DNA from: Mobula hypostoma
Taxonomy: Eukaryota
NCBI RefSeq assembly: GCF_963921235.1
Contig: NC_086101.1
Coordinates: forward strand, 15,996,001 to 16,060,000
DNA: 64,000 nt
Direction: 5' to 3'
Shown here: positions 51,401-62,189 of the stretch, one piece after another
How the letters are laid out: each line of letters opens with the position of its first letter
How positions within the stretch are numbered: the stretch's first letter is position 1
Program-made: the position numbers and the translations under genes
Notes under the pieces: generated by a model
Seen by the model: the letters and a program-made list of their open reading frames with translations, nothing else
Database searches by the model: none
What the model was told of the DNA's origin: nothing

Positions 51401-51826
51401 AAGTCGGCGTGCTCAGTGTTCGACCTGGAATTCAGGGTCCCCCTTTCCCCCGTGTGCTAGTTCGGGGGTCGATGTTTGACGCCTGGAGGCTAGAAGCCGG
51501 GGCGTCGTTCTTGGAATTGGAGGGCAGTCTGTGTGTGCGCGTGGGAGCGAAGGAAAGGGGCTTGTTTTTTTGCGTTTTGTTGTGCTCTGTGTTGTCCTGC
51601 CGACATTGTGGACATTAATGTTGGCGCCGGAATGTGTGGCGACCCTCGCGGGCTGCCCACAGTGCCTCCGTAGGTGTGTTGGTTGTTAACGCAAATGAAG
51701 CAGACGAACCTTCCCGCTTTTCCCGCGCTGCCCATTGCCTTCTCCCCCAAGCTGTAGCTGTAAAGGAACAGAAAGCTACTTACCGGAGGAGACGGTCAGC
51801 AGCCACAGAATGGCGCCCACCTTCAT
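18398..51826 (-). CDS. Whole gene span: two-V-domain NKp30/NCR3-family (VJ-type IgSF) receptor with a multi-tyrosine ITIM/YxxM tail; 15 coding exons, 414 aa predicted
   Basis: Exon lengths 43+339+330+114+19+38+41+30+35+38+50+98+21+35+14 = 1245 nt (415 codons including TGA). Every junction is GT-AG and phase-compatible, and the domain order is signal-V-V-TM-tail. Confidence 0.85.
18615..19545. repeat. Degenerate C-rich minisatellite (aa(t/c)ccc(c/t)cagtccccattt) in intron 14
   Basis: Dozens of ccccatt/ttaaccc units. Confidence 0.85.
19598..19632 (-). CDS. Exon 14, 35 nt, QDDGYDELNVI (YxxL)
   Basis: Acceptor cccctacttcctttggcAG, donor TAG|GTGAGT, phase 2-1. Confidence 0.82.
20527..20700 (+). 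mobile_element. tRNA-derived SINE
   Basis: A box tggcgtagtgg and B box gttcgaaccc, followed by a non-tRNA tail. Confidence 0.75.
21117..21137 (-). CDS. Exon 13, 21 nt, VRYARV(R) (ITIM)
   Basis: Acceptor atttcactgtacAG, donor CAG|GTAAAG, phase 2-2. Confidence 0.8.
21311..21408 (-). CDS. Exon 12, 98 nt, VPTVENIQYAVIYPSYSKNRTPAKTSVEDGDL(E) (ITIM IQYAVI)
   Basis: Acceptor ccttttctccacaAG, donor GGA|GTGAGT, phase 0-2, open throughout. Confidence 0.85.
21966..22710 (+). mobile_element. Solo LTR (gypsy-type)
   Basis: Decayed TG(C)AAC...GTAA(T)A termini, 4-bp TSD tcac (21962-65, 22711-14), AATAAA near 22622. Confidence 0.65.
23320..23790 (+). mobile_element. Penelope-like fragment with a short inverted tail
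   Basis: Shared family motifs (gctggaggaactcagcag; ccatcaggttgg...ctaccc). Confidence 0.7.
24314..24363 (-). CDS. Exon 11, 50 nt, (D)VNTQSRPDNSLVSDGE
   Basis: Acceptor ttctctctcacAG, donor GAG|GTAAGT. Its only open frame is phase 1-0. Confidence 0.82.
25278..25315 (-). CDS. Exon 10, 38 nt, LKTFKISTDNGM
   Basis: Acceptor ccctctttctcctcacAG, donor TGG|GTAAGT, phase 2-1; bridges exons 9 and 11. Confidence 0.75.
25545..28080 (-). mobile_element. Stacked CR1 LINE fragments
   Basis: ORFs 26193..26462 and 26435..26767 give CR1 RT/C-terminal text (VPQGSVLGP, VAKFADDT, KANVMLAFISRGLEYK). Confidence 0.75.
28095..28900 (+). mobile_element. Non-autonomous retroposon
   Basis: 5' aaatggcgactcc..., 3' attaaatgtacc(attgaacct)n-like tail. 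Confidence 0.5.
29283..29317 (-). CDS. Exon 9, 35 nt, RQDQLIYTPMK(G) (YxxM motif)
   Basis: Acceptor ttttcattctttccAG, donor AGG|GTGAGT, phase 0-2. Confidence 0.78.
29360..30800 (-). mobile_element. CR1 LINE 3' portion
   Basis: ORFs 29817..30023 and 30450..30794 (DFQKAIDKVPH) and a (tctatgg)n tail. Confidence 0.75.
31015..31790 (+). mobile_element. Penelope-like fragment
   Basis: Family head plus GIY-YIG complement. Confidence 0.7.
32562..32591 (-). CDS. Exon 8, 30 nt, AQDGNAPACP
   Basis: Acceptor cttatttcacaacAG, donor CCG|GTAAGA, phase 0-0. Being symmetric, the frame alone does not require it. Confidence 0.65.
33956..33996 (-). CDS. Exon 7, 41 nt, (D)DLTARQLDDGPGT
   Basis: Acceptor aattttacAG, donor ACG|GTAAGT. 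Its only open frame is phase 1-0, which is the phase exon 6 requires. Confidence 0.8.
34330..35450. mobile_element. CR1 3' fragments in opposite orientations
   Basis: Minus fragment at ~34330-35020; plus fragment given by ORF 35029..35337 (RLRELGLYSLERRR). Confidence 0.7.
35753..35790 (-). CDS. Exon 6, 38 nt, QQLSTLNDSTTA
   Basis: Acceptor tttttctcttcAG, donor CGG|GTAAGT, phase 2-1; 97-nt intron separates it from exon 5. Confidence 0.8.
35888..35906 (-). CDS. Exon 5, 19-nt cytoplasmic micro-exon (N)SVLFQ(R)
   Basis: Long pyrimidine tract ending cttcacAG, donor AAG|GTGAGT, phase 1-2. Confidence 0.8.
35950..36590 (+). mobile_element. Penelope-like fragment
   Basis: Minus-strand ORF 36063..36548 contains EEQHLIFHVGSLQPGGTNIDFS. 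Confidence 0.75.
38554..38667 (-). CDS. Exon 4, transmembrane helix (KMRFVTLLLVILLTVFGISGSILLVSILFRRKVCSKE)
   Basis: Acceptor tttttccccccacAG, donor AAA|GTAAGG, phase 1-1. A 26-residue uncharged stretch is followed by an RRK stop-transfer motif. Confidence 0.92.
39622..39951 (-). CDS. Exon 3, Ig V domain 2 (NKp30-like; YCKVRIDGIGEEIGEGVWLTV)
   Basis: Within ORF 39590..39976. Acceptor ttgcAG, phase-1 donor CAC|GTGAGT. EVSNRTAEYAGRV resembles EVRNGTPEFRGRL of NKp30 (recalled from memory). Confidence 0.95.
41570..47350 (+). mobile_element. Near full-length degenerate CR1 LINE in the V1-V2 intron (antisense to the gene)
   Basis: ORF1 zinc-finger/esterase fragments (41694-42680), endonuclease (EHFGGS), RT ORFs 45528-47090 and a ttctatg tail. 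Confidence 0.85.
43476..45200 (+). mobile_element. Rex1/Babar-like LINE nested in the CR1
   Basis: RT text (DYSSAFNTI, FADD, VERVNNFKFLG), ending aataaagtcaattcaattca; CR1 sequence resumes at about 45201. Confidence 0.8.
48259..49608 (-). mobile_element. Second solo LTR-like element of the same family as 3066-4405 (1350 bp)
   Basis: TGTCA...TGACA termini, 5-bp TSD cttct (48254-58, 49609-13), homologous ends, and a different internal ~36-39-bp repeat. Confidence 0.85.
50154..50492 (-). CDS. Exon 2, Ig V domain 1 (NKp30-like, joined J motif YGAGTYLTV)
   Basis: Within ORF 50014..50598. Canonical C...W...DSGMYFC residues, acceptor ctttcAG, donor GAG|GTAAGT, phase 1-1, sequons NST, NGT and NET. 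Confidence 0.95.
51784..51826 (-). CDS. Exon 1, signal peptide MKVGAILWLLTVSS(G)
   Basis: ATG in context aacgATGa, hydrophobic core, donor CCG|GTAAGT in phase 1. Joins V1 to give ...VSSGIGA-EKFVVIQ. Confidence 0.9.
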
Positions 51827-53463
51827 CGTTACTCCACTAAAACAGAGGAGATATTTAGTGTTCGCTACTTCTCCCTTCTTACAGCCGCGCCTCCCTCCTC
51901 GTGCAACCTGTTGGAAAATTGGGAGGGTTTAAGTACTGTCCACTGGATTTTTCCAATTGATTTCCAAATCACTGGAACGAGATAGATAAACCACCGGGAG
52001 GGTTACAAAGAGATTAGGAACTGGGGGAACCGTGACAGTAAGCGCTTCATTGAGGCTAGGGTCGTTCGGCGATGAGCCACGGCCACTTCGTGGTGAGGTC
52101 GCCCGCCTGGCCTGGCGGATTCTAGTCTCGGAGTTGCACGTTCAATTCCCTTACCGCGCGGCGGAGATACGAGCCATTAACTTCTTGCTGATCACCTACA
52201 CCTTCTGTGCTTACTGGGCTACACATTCTCTCTATCTTCCCTTCCACTCCTCCCTTAATTCGCACGCACACTTGAGACAATTCCCAGATCCAATCCACAA
52301 GTCGCAGGGACGCGGGATGAAAGCGGAGCACCCGGCGGTGTGGAGAGGAACCCACACAGCTGCTGCACCCGCAGGGAAACAGGCGGAATATGCACATTCC
52401 ACTTACAAACTGCACCAAAGGTCGGGGTCGAATCCGTGGTCGCAGGAGCTGCGAGAAAGCAGCGCTAACAGTTGCGGCAATCGTTCTACGTATCAAACCG
52501 AAATGTTTAATGTTAGTTTTTGAAACTGTCGTTATCTGTTAATGTAAATTATTTCATATTTGACTCCAATCCCCACAACAACGTGTCACTTTAACGGAAG
52601 AGGTTAAATAATTGGTAACAAACCAATTGGTAATAATTGGTGAACCGGCTGCCCGAGGAGGGGTAGCACCTCTGCTGGAGGGGTTTGTGTCCATTCTGGG
52701 ACAGCTCACTTATCTTTGGGTTCTACCGGATGCTCAGCTCTCAATCGTGGCTCCAAGCACCTGTTTGCATGCGACAGCGGGCACTCCCCGGTACTCCGCT
52801 ACGACAGGCGGGCTAAACCAGGTGAAGGAAGCCGGCCGACCTCACACCCGGGTGAGATACGCACGTGCCAGTCCTAGTATGCGAAGGAAACTAATGGAAA
52901 TCTATGGAATGAGAAACCGGGTTAATGTCCATCTCATCAGCCGGACTGAACAGATGTGATCAACAGTGAGATTCAACGCCAGGAAGGCGGTTCTGCAACA
53001 CTCCGTGGACAGCGCACGGCATGACAAGGCACGGAAGATGTCATGGTCACCCACTACAACCAAGGAAGACCGTAGTTTGTGTCGACTACTCGTACCACTG
53101 CACCCGGACATCCGAGGGCGAGAGTGTGGAACTGTCCCAGTGCAATGGCTTTTCCACTTTAAAAACTTTCCCGCACGGGTCTCCTGTGATTGTTGGTACA
53201 CCGGACAACCACCAACAAACCACGAACCTCTTGACCGAATAGATAAAACAATTAAGATAGTATATTGTAGATTTTGGAAATTGGATATAAAAACAGAAAG
53301 TGCTTAAAAAACCCAGCAGGTCAAGCACTATCTGCGGAGAGAGAAATAATATATATTTCTATCCTGATTCAGAGCGAGATGTTAACGTTTCGGTTTCTCC
53401 TGAAGGATCTCAGAGCTGTAAACACTGTAAACTCAGAACTGTCAGCACAGCAAGGATTTAGTA

Positions 53464-53598
53464 NNNNNNNNNNNNNNNNNNNNNNNNNNNNNNNNNNNNN
53501 NNNNNNNNNNNNNNNNNNNNNNNNNNNNNNNNNNNNNNNNNNNNNNNNNNNNNNNNNNNNNNNNNNNNNNNNNNNNNNNNNNNNNNNNNNNNNNNNNN
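53464..53598. other. Assembly gap (135 N)
   Basis: Run of n. Confidence 1.
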
Positions 53599-54334
53599 CC
53601 TGATTTTGCCTGGAATAAAAGGTTTTAATTCTGCCCCCTTCCCCATTATGGGATTATAGGAAGGATGAGGAGAGGGTGCAAAATAGGTTTACCCGGATTC
53701 TGGCTGGAGTAGAGGGCTTCATATGGTTTATGTTACATTATGAGGACTAGACCAGTCGAGGGTGTACGATAGGAAATGCACTAAATTATCAAAGGTATTG
53801 ATAGAATAGATATTAATAAACTTCACAATGGCAGAGGTGTCTTATGGGTTTAAGGAGAGGAGTAAGAAACGATATGAGTGAGAATTTGTTTGCCTCAGAG
53901 GATGCTTGTAATCTGGGACACAGTGCCTGTGGGGGTGGTGGAGAAAGAAACTCTCGCTGCATTGAAGAAGCATTCGGATGAGCGTGCACGTTAACGGGGG
54001 AGAAGGCTGCAGACCACGTGCTGGTAAATGGGCTGAGCACAGAATGCTACTTGATGGCTAGTATAGATTTGATGGGACAAAGGAGCTCTGTGCTGTGTGA
54101 TTCTGTGGGTCACAATTATGCACACAGTCATACACACAAACACACATAGACACAAACATAAACACTCATATACAAACACAAAGATACACACTCATACTCA
54201 AACATACAGACATACTAACAAACACACACTCATACAAAAACACACATAAATACACATAAACATACATACACATATAAACATACATGCACACAGTCATTCA
54301 CAACAGAAGCATACTCAATTTCCAATAATATACG

Positions 54335-54372
<38 letters not shown>

Positions 54373-56699
54373 GATTTTGCTGTTGGAATGCTGTTGGAAG
54401 GAATTCGCATGGAATCCGGTGTTTACCGACAGAACAAATTTATTTTACTTTAACCAGACGTCGATCGGAGAGTCAGTCCTCCTGGGATGAATGCTCCCCG
54501 ATCTAAAGTTTCTATCGTTCCCATGCTCTGTCTGATCAACACATCCCCAACACTCTGCACCCCACATACGCTGTTTATACTTAGAGTGAGGTAAAACTTT
54601 GTGCATTGAGGAACTTCGGAGCCTGCATGCTGCCGCGTGAGGTGCGAGCAGTTCCGTCTTGAACTTAAATATACAATGGAAAGGCCCTGCCCTGGAGTTT
54701 ATGGGATAGTTGCAAAACCAGTAAGCACGAGTTTATTATAAGAGGTATAGGAACACTTAAATCGCATTTAGGTGGATAAATACCGTGTTCCTGATCAAAT
54801 GCATTCTTGGGATCTCATGTGAAGCCAGAGACGAAATTGCAGAGGCACTTGCAAAGATTCTTGGATTCTCTTTACCTATAGGAGAAGTTCCAGAGGACTG
54901 GAGGATGGCTAATGTTCATTTATAGTGGCAGCAAAGTCAAAAGATTAAAGATTAGTTTTACCTATCACATGTACATCGAAACATAGGGTGAAATGCGTCG
55001 AGCTGGATAAACCACCAGGAGAGTTACAAAGTGATTAGAAGCGGGGGAAGGGTGACAGTAAACGCTTCATTGACGTTAGGGACGTTCAGCGATGAGCCAC
55101 GGCCAATTCTTGGTAAGCTGGTCTTTTGGACTGACAGATTCCAAACACAGTTTCACGTTCAAATCCCTCATCGCGCAGCGTGCGAAAAAGGCAATTCAGC
55201 CCACGCCGATCGCCTACACTACTCCAGTGCTGACTGGGCTACACATTCTCCCCAGCACACTTGAGACAATTCCCAGATCCAATCCACAATTCGTCTGGAC
55301 AAGGATTGAATCCGTAGCACCCGGCGGAGTGGGGGGAGCCCACACGGCTGGTGCACCCGCAGGGAATCAGGCGGAATATGCAAACTCCACCCATACAAAA
55401 TGCACCAAAGATCGAGGTCGAACCCGTGGTCGCAGGAGCTGCGAGAAAACAGCGCTAACATTTGCGGCAATGGTTCAATGTAGAAAACCGAAATGGTCAA
55501 CGTAAGCTTACAAAACTGTCATATCTCAGTTCATATAAATTATTTCGCATTTGACTTCAATCCCCACAACAACGTGTCACTTTACGGAAGAGGTTAAATA
55601 ATTGGTAACATATCAATTGGTAGTAGTTGGTGAAACGGGCTGTCCAGGGAGGGGTAGCACCTCTGCTGAAGCGGCTTCACCTCTCCATTCTGGGACAACT
55701 CACTTACCTTTGGGTTCCACCAGACGCTCAGCTCCAGTACCTGTCTGCATGCGAAAGCGGCCACACTCGGGTAGACCGCTTCGACAGACGGGCTAAACCA
55801 GGTGAAGACAGCCGGTGGACCTCATACTCGAATGAGATAGGGGAATCCCTGTCCTATCATACGAAGGAAACTAATGGAAATCTATGGAATGGGAAACAGA
55901 ATTAATGTTGAACTCATCCGGCGGACTGGACAGATGTGATCAACAGTGAGATCCAACAGCCAGATCCAACAGGCGGGAAGGCCGTTCTGCAACACTCCGT
56001 GGACAGCGCACGGCATGACAAGGCACGGAAGATGTCATGGTCACCCACTACAACCAAGGAAGACACCAGTTTGTGTCGACTACTCGTACCACTGCACCCA
56101 GACCTCCGAGGGTAAGAGTGTGGAACTGTCCCAGTTAACTCTCCCACGTTAGAAACCCCGCTCAGGTCTCCTGTGTTTGTTGGTACGCCGGGCAACCGCC
56201 AACAAACGAATCGCGTCGTTCACACCTCTTGACCGAATAGATAAAATAGTTAAGATAGTTGATAGATTTTGGAAATCTGAAATAAAAACAGAAAGTGCTT
56301 AAAAAAACTGTGCAAGTTAGGCACCATCTGCGGAGAGAGAAACAATTAATATTTCTATCCTGAGTCAGAACCAGACGTTAACGTTTCGGTTTCTCCTGAA
56401 GGATCTCAGAACTGTAAACATTAACTCTGTTTCCCATTCCATGGACTCCCATTATTTCCTGTTTTATTGGGAATTAGGGAAGGTTCCACAATTCGATGCA
56501 GTTCACAATCCGTAAGGGAATGGAAATTACAGAAGTTTTATATCGTCGAAGACAGATTCTCCACGGATCCCTCCCGGAAGAGCTAATAATTAATAAAGGT
56601 GTAATTCTAATTCTACCTTTGTTCTTTATCAGGTAAATTATCCGAAAGTCCACATGCATCCGAGATGACAACTCCCTGCCGATAAATCCGGCTTGCTTT

Positions 56700-56960
56700 C
56701 AAATGTCAACTAACTTTGCACTAGATCTTTACCCCGCTCCCACCCTTGCCTCTCTCACAGCGTCCGGTTTCCGGCCGCGTGGAAAACTTGTCGCTCAGCG
56801 TTCGGCAGCTGCGGTAGCGGTGTGAAGAGCTGATGCAGGCAAACCGCCCGCTCCATGTTCAGCCCAGCGAGAAGCCGTGAGAAGCCGTGAGCAGTCGTCG
56901 ACTCACCGCCCCACCGAGCTCAGAGATCAGCAAGTGAACTGGTTGTTTTTATTACCGCAG
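56700..56960. promoter_or_regulatory. CpG-rich non-repeat segment; candidate promoter or first exon
   Basis: Dense CpG, an ETS-like ttccgg, a minus-strand donor GCG|GTGAGT at 56907/56906; present only in duplication copy 2. Confidence 0.35.
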
Positions 56961-58619
56961 AGGATGATGAGGCAGTTTGCAGTTCGAAATTACAGTGTGG
57001 ATGGTGGTCAGCACAGGAAGGATTTAGTAAAATATCTGTATATACACACACACACTCACAAAATGTGCTGTGGAGATCGCCTGATTTTGCCTGCAATAGA
57101 AGGTTTTAATTCTGCCCCCTTCCCCCACCTCATTATAGGATTATAGGAAGGATGAGGAGAGGGTGCAAAATAGGTTTACCGGGATTCTGGCTGGTTTAGA
57201 GGGCTTCATATGGTTTGTGTTATATTATGAGGACAGACTAGATAATTCGAGGGTGTACGATAGAAAATGCACTAAATTGCCAAAGGTATTGATAGAGTAG
57301 ATATTAATAAACTTCACAATGGTAGAGGTGTCTTATGGGTTTAAGGAGAGGAGTAAGAAAGGATATGAGTGAGAATTTTTTTGCATCAGAGGATGCTTGT
57401 AATCTGGGACACAGTGCCTGTGGGGGTGGTGGAGAAAGAAGCTCTCGCTGCATTGAAGAAACATTCGGATGAGCGTGAACGATAAAGGGAGAGAAGGTTA
57501 CAGACCACGTGCTGGTAAATAGGCCCAGTACAGAAAGCTACTTGATGGCTAGTATAGATATGATGGGACAAAGGAGCTCTGTGCTGTGTGATTCTGTGGG
57601 TCACAATCATGTACACAGTCATACACACAAACACACATACACACAAACATGCACACTCATGCATCAAACACAGACACACAGACACAGAAGCGTACACACT
57701 CATACTCAAACATACATACACATAAACATGCACACTCACACGTGTAAACATACATGCAGACACCCATTCACAACAGAAGCACACTCAATATACAAACATA
57801 CGTTCTTACACAGACACACTGATTTTGCCGTTGGAAATAATTATTCATATGGAGTCCAGAACAAATTTATTTTAGTTTAACCAGACGTCAATGGAGAGTC
57901 AGTCCTCCCGGGACGAATGCTCCCCGATCCAAAGCTTCCATCGTTCCCATGCTCTGACTGATCTACATGAGCCCACTCTCTCCACCCCGCATGCGCTGTG
58001 TATAGAGTGAGGTAAAGCTTTGTGCATTGAGGAGCTTCGGTGCCTGTGTACCGCTGTGTGCGCTGCGAGCAGCTCCGTCGTTAACTTAAATATACAACGG
58101 TAAAGGTCCTGCCCCGGAGTTTATGGGATAGTTGCAAAAACAGTAACCAGCGTTTATATAGGAGGTATCGGCACCCTGAAAGCACATTAAGGTGGATAAA
58201 TACTCTGTTCCTGATAAAATTCATTCTTGGGATCTCATGTGAAGCTAGGGACGAAATTGCAGAGGCACTTGCAAAGATTCCTGGAACCTCTTTACCTACA
58301 GGAGAGGTTCCAGAGGACTGGAGGATGGCTAATGTTCGTTCATGAGGGCAGCAAAGACAAAAGATTAAAGATTAGTTTTACCTATCACATGGACATCGAA
58401 ACGTACAGCGAAATGCGTCGCTTGCGTCAATTCATATCAGCGAGGATTGTCGCCACGTTTCCGGGGCTAGTTTAGCATGCCAATAACTCAGTAAGCCGAG
58501 CAATAACTGCACGCCTTTGGAATGCCGGAGGAAATCGGCGTGCCCGTAGGAAACCCGCATGGTTTCCTTACTGACAGCGGTTTGAATCGAACTCCGATCT
58601 AACAGCCAATCATTACGTT

Positions 58620-60560
58620 ATTCTGCAAGGTGAGCCTGACATCAGTGGTGATAAAATACTGGAATTAAATCTGAGGGACGGGATCTACCAGCATTTAGAT
58701 AGACAGGACTGATTAGCTTTGTGTGTGGGAAATGACATCTCACAACTCTATTCGAAATTTTAGAAGAGGTAAACACGACGACTGATGAGGGCAAAGTGGT
58801 GAATGTGGTCTATATGAACTTTAGCAAGACATTTGACGAGGTCCCCTGGGGAAGGCTTGGGATCCGGGGTGAGAGAGCTAAGTGGATTCATCATTGATAG
58901 GAAGCAGAAGCTAATGGTGGAAGGTTGCTTTCCGGACTGGAGGTATGTGACTAGTGATGTCCCGCAGGGACTGGTGCGCCCATTGTTGTTCATCATTTAT
59001 ATCAACAATCCGGTTGAGAATGGTTAGCTTGCAGTTGACACCAAAATAGCTGATACCGTAGGCAGTGTAGAAGGTTATGAACAACTACAGGGGTTCTTGG
59101 TCGGCTGACTAAGTAGGAAAATTATATTGGCGAATAGCGTTGAATTCATTTTTGTGTGCTGTTTTGCATTTTAACCAAGGTCGAACTTTCACAGTTAGTG
59201 GCTGATCACAGGGGAGTGCTGTAGAACAGAGAGACGGAGATATAAATACACAATTCCCTGAAAGTAACGTCACCGGCAGACAAGGAGGTGAAGAAGGTAT
59301 TTGGCACAGAGAATCAGAGTTGGAATGTCATCTTGCAGCTGTACAAGACATTGATAAGGCCGCTCCTCTTTTGGTCACCCTGCTGTCGGATAAGCTATCA
59401 GGTGGCGGGAAGGACGTACATCTGCCAGTCGCCCTGGACAAGGTGTAGCAACCCCCCCCCCCACCCCCAATTCCCACCGTCCCCTGAATCAGGGTCCAGT
59501 GAAGCCATGGGAGCAGGTGGTGAATGGTCATATGGGCAGCTGGTACATATCACAAGTCCTGGCAATGCGCCCACTGACGCCAGACAAACCATCTCTGAAG
59601 AGACTGGAGTCACCCATTTTATGCTGATGGAATAGATGGCTTTGTTGCCAAGGTTATAGATGATACGAAGATTGGTGGAGGGGCTAGTAGTGTTGAGGAA
59701 ACAGGTAGGCTTCAGAAGGATTTAGACAGATTATGAGAATGGGCAAAAAAGTGGCAAATGAAATACACTGTTGGAAAATGCATGGTCATGCATCTGTAGT
59801 AGAAACAAATGTGCAGAGTATTTTCTAAATGGGGAGAAAATCCAAGGCACAAAAGGACGTGGGAGTCCTTGTGCAGAACACCCTAAAGGGTAACTTGCAG
59901 GTTGAATCGGTGGTGAGGAAAGCAAATGCAATGTTAGCATTCATTTCAGGAGGTCTAGAATACAAGAGCAAGGATGTGATGCTGAGGCTTTATAAGGCAC
60001 TGGTGAGGTTTCACCTCGCGTATTGTGAACGGTTTGGGTCTCCTCATGTAAGAAAATATGCGTGGGCTTTGCAGAGGGTCCAGAGGATGTTCAGAAGGAT
60101 GATTTCGGGAATGAAAGGGTTACCGTACGGGGAACATTTGATGGCTCTGGGTTTGTACTCGCTAGGATTTAGAAGGATGAGAATCTCATTGAAACCTTTC
60201 GAATGTTGAAAGATCCAGGCAGACGAGATGTTAAAAGGGTGTTTCCCATGGTGGGGGCGGCTAGGACAAGAGGACACAGCCTCAGGATAAAGGGTCGTCC
60301 ATTTAAAAAGGAGATTTCTGTTCGAAATCTCTTTAGTCAGCGGGTGGGGAATTTGTGGAATTTGTTTCCACAGGCAGTTGTCGAGGCCAGGTTTTTGGAT
60401 ATGTTTAAAGCAGAGCCTAATGGGTTCTTGATTGGACATGGAATCAAAGGTTACTGGGAGAAAGCCGGGGAGTGGGGTTGGGGAAGGGAACAAAGGATCA
60501 GCCATTATTAATGGCGGAGCAGACTCGATGGGCCAGCTGGCCTAATTATGCTCCTCTGTC
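58620..60560 (+). mobile_element. CR1 LINE fragments
   Basis: ORFs 58833..59027, 59829..60209 and 60203..60511, and a tcatggtcttatgg tail. Confidence 0.75.
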
Positions 60561-62047
60561 TCATGGTCTTATGGTTTTATATAGACTCGGCATCAAAGAA
60601 GTCAATGGCAAACCACTTCTGTAGAAATATTTACCAAGAACAATCATGGTCATGGAAAGACTACGACCGCCCACGTTATACAAAACGGCGCATAATGATG
60701 ATTATTCCCCAGGAAAGACGTCTTTAAGCAGAAAAAGAAATGAAAAGAATATTTGCCAGAACTACAGAGGCTGTTATATAGGGAGAGGTTGGACAGGTTA
60801 GAATTTTATTCCTTGGAATTTAGGAGATTGAAGGGTGATGTTAAAGAGATGTATAGAATCACGACTGCATAGATAGGGTGAACGCCAACAATCTTTTGTC
60901 CCATGGAAAGGGAACCAAAATCTAGAGACCAGAGGTTTAAAGTGAGAGAGCAATAGGAAGAATATGGAATGAGACACGTACAAACGCAAATTTTAAAAGA
61001 GCCTTGGTAGGAAAGGGTGAGAGGCAGATGGCCCAAACATGGGCAAACATGATTAGTTTAGATGAACATTTTCGTCGGTATGGACCAGGTGGGCTGAAGG
61101 GCCTGATTATTTGTTGTATGACTCGGTAACACTGTAGTTCACTACGGCCTGCAGCTTGTAGTCCGGGTAGCCTGAAACGGATCCCAGTAGCCCTGGATGG
61201 TACCTAACCTGAGACTTCCAGGCGACAGAAGTTCAGAGAGGAGCAAACGAAAGTGCCTCGCTAATTTTCCACCCCTTCAGAGCAATCCCGGTGTCCCCTG
61301 CTGAACAGATCCACAGAGAGTGTCCTTCCTGGACCTGGTAACATTCTCTCCCTCATATATACACAAGCATATCTCTCTGCTACAGGTACACACATACATA
61401 CAGATTATCCACAGAACCATCTCCTCCTTAACGATTCTCTCTCTCTCTCTCTCTCTCTTACACACATTCATAAACATAACTCGCATTCATACACACACTC
61501 ACATGCACACACATTCACTCTTGACTCTCCCTGATTACGATCTCAATCTGTCTCCGTCTTTCACAAACTATCTCTCTCCCCTCTCTCTCTCCTCTGTCTC
61601 CTCTCCTCTCTCTCTCCCCCGCTCCCACTCTCCCTCCCTCACTCTCTCCCTCACTCCGAGGATAATTTGCTTCAACTTTAGGTTTTCCGTTTCTGTGGTG
61701 GAGAATGAGCCCAAACTGTGAACCGCTCACTCTTTCATGGATGGTACAGCATGTGCCTGATATGAGTAAGTTGGTGCGTGTTTGTGAACAGGGATACATA
61801 GGTACTGACAAATAGACACATGGTCCCCCCTTTCCCCTCCCCCAAGATAATTGCATAAATATTGTAGTATGTTCACACAGACAGGCATCGCACGTGTAAT
61901 ACGTGGTGCTATTAATATAGATGTATTCACGCTACCAAAAATACCTGCCGCTTTGTTAAAATGTCTGCTGAGCCACTCGTATGTAAAAGAGCCTCGCAGG
62001 TGGAACCACACAGAACCGAGTCACAGAGATAGTCACCGACGCGCGTG

Positions 62048-62079
<32 letters not shown>

Positions 62080-62189
62080 AATAGACATGTGCACAGACAC
62101 ATAATATAATGCAGTATCCTATCGCATTATAATATTAATGAATATAAGAATAATATGTATATATAATAATATCATATATATTATTTGCA

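Larger units (their letters stand above)
51985..58420. repeat. Head-to-tail tandem duplication: copy 1 ~51985-55000, copy 2 ~55001-58420
   Basis: Collinear diverged blocks, e.g. gataaaccacc(g/a)gga, gatgagccacggcca, cctgattttgcctg and cctatcacat...gaaatgcgtcg. Confidence 0.9.

Noticed and set aside
53274-53646. ORFs running through X residues
   Set aside because: Artefacts of the N gap.
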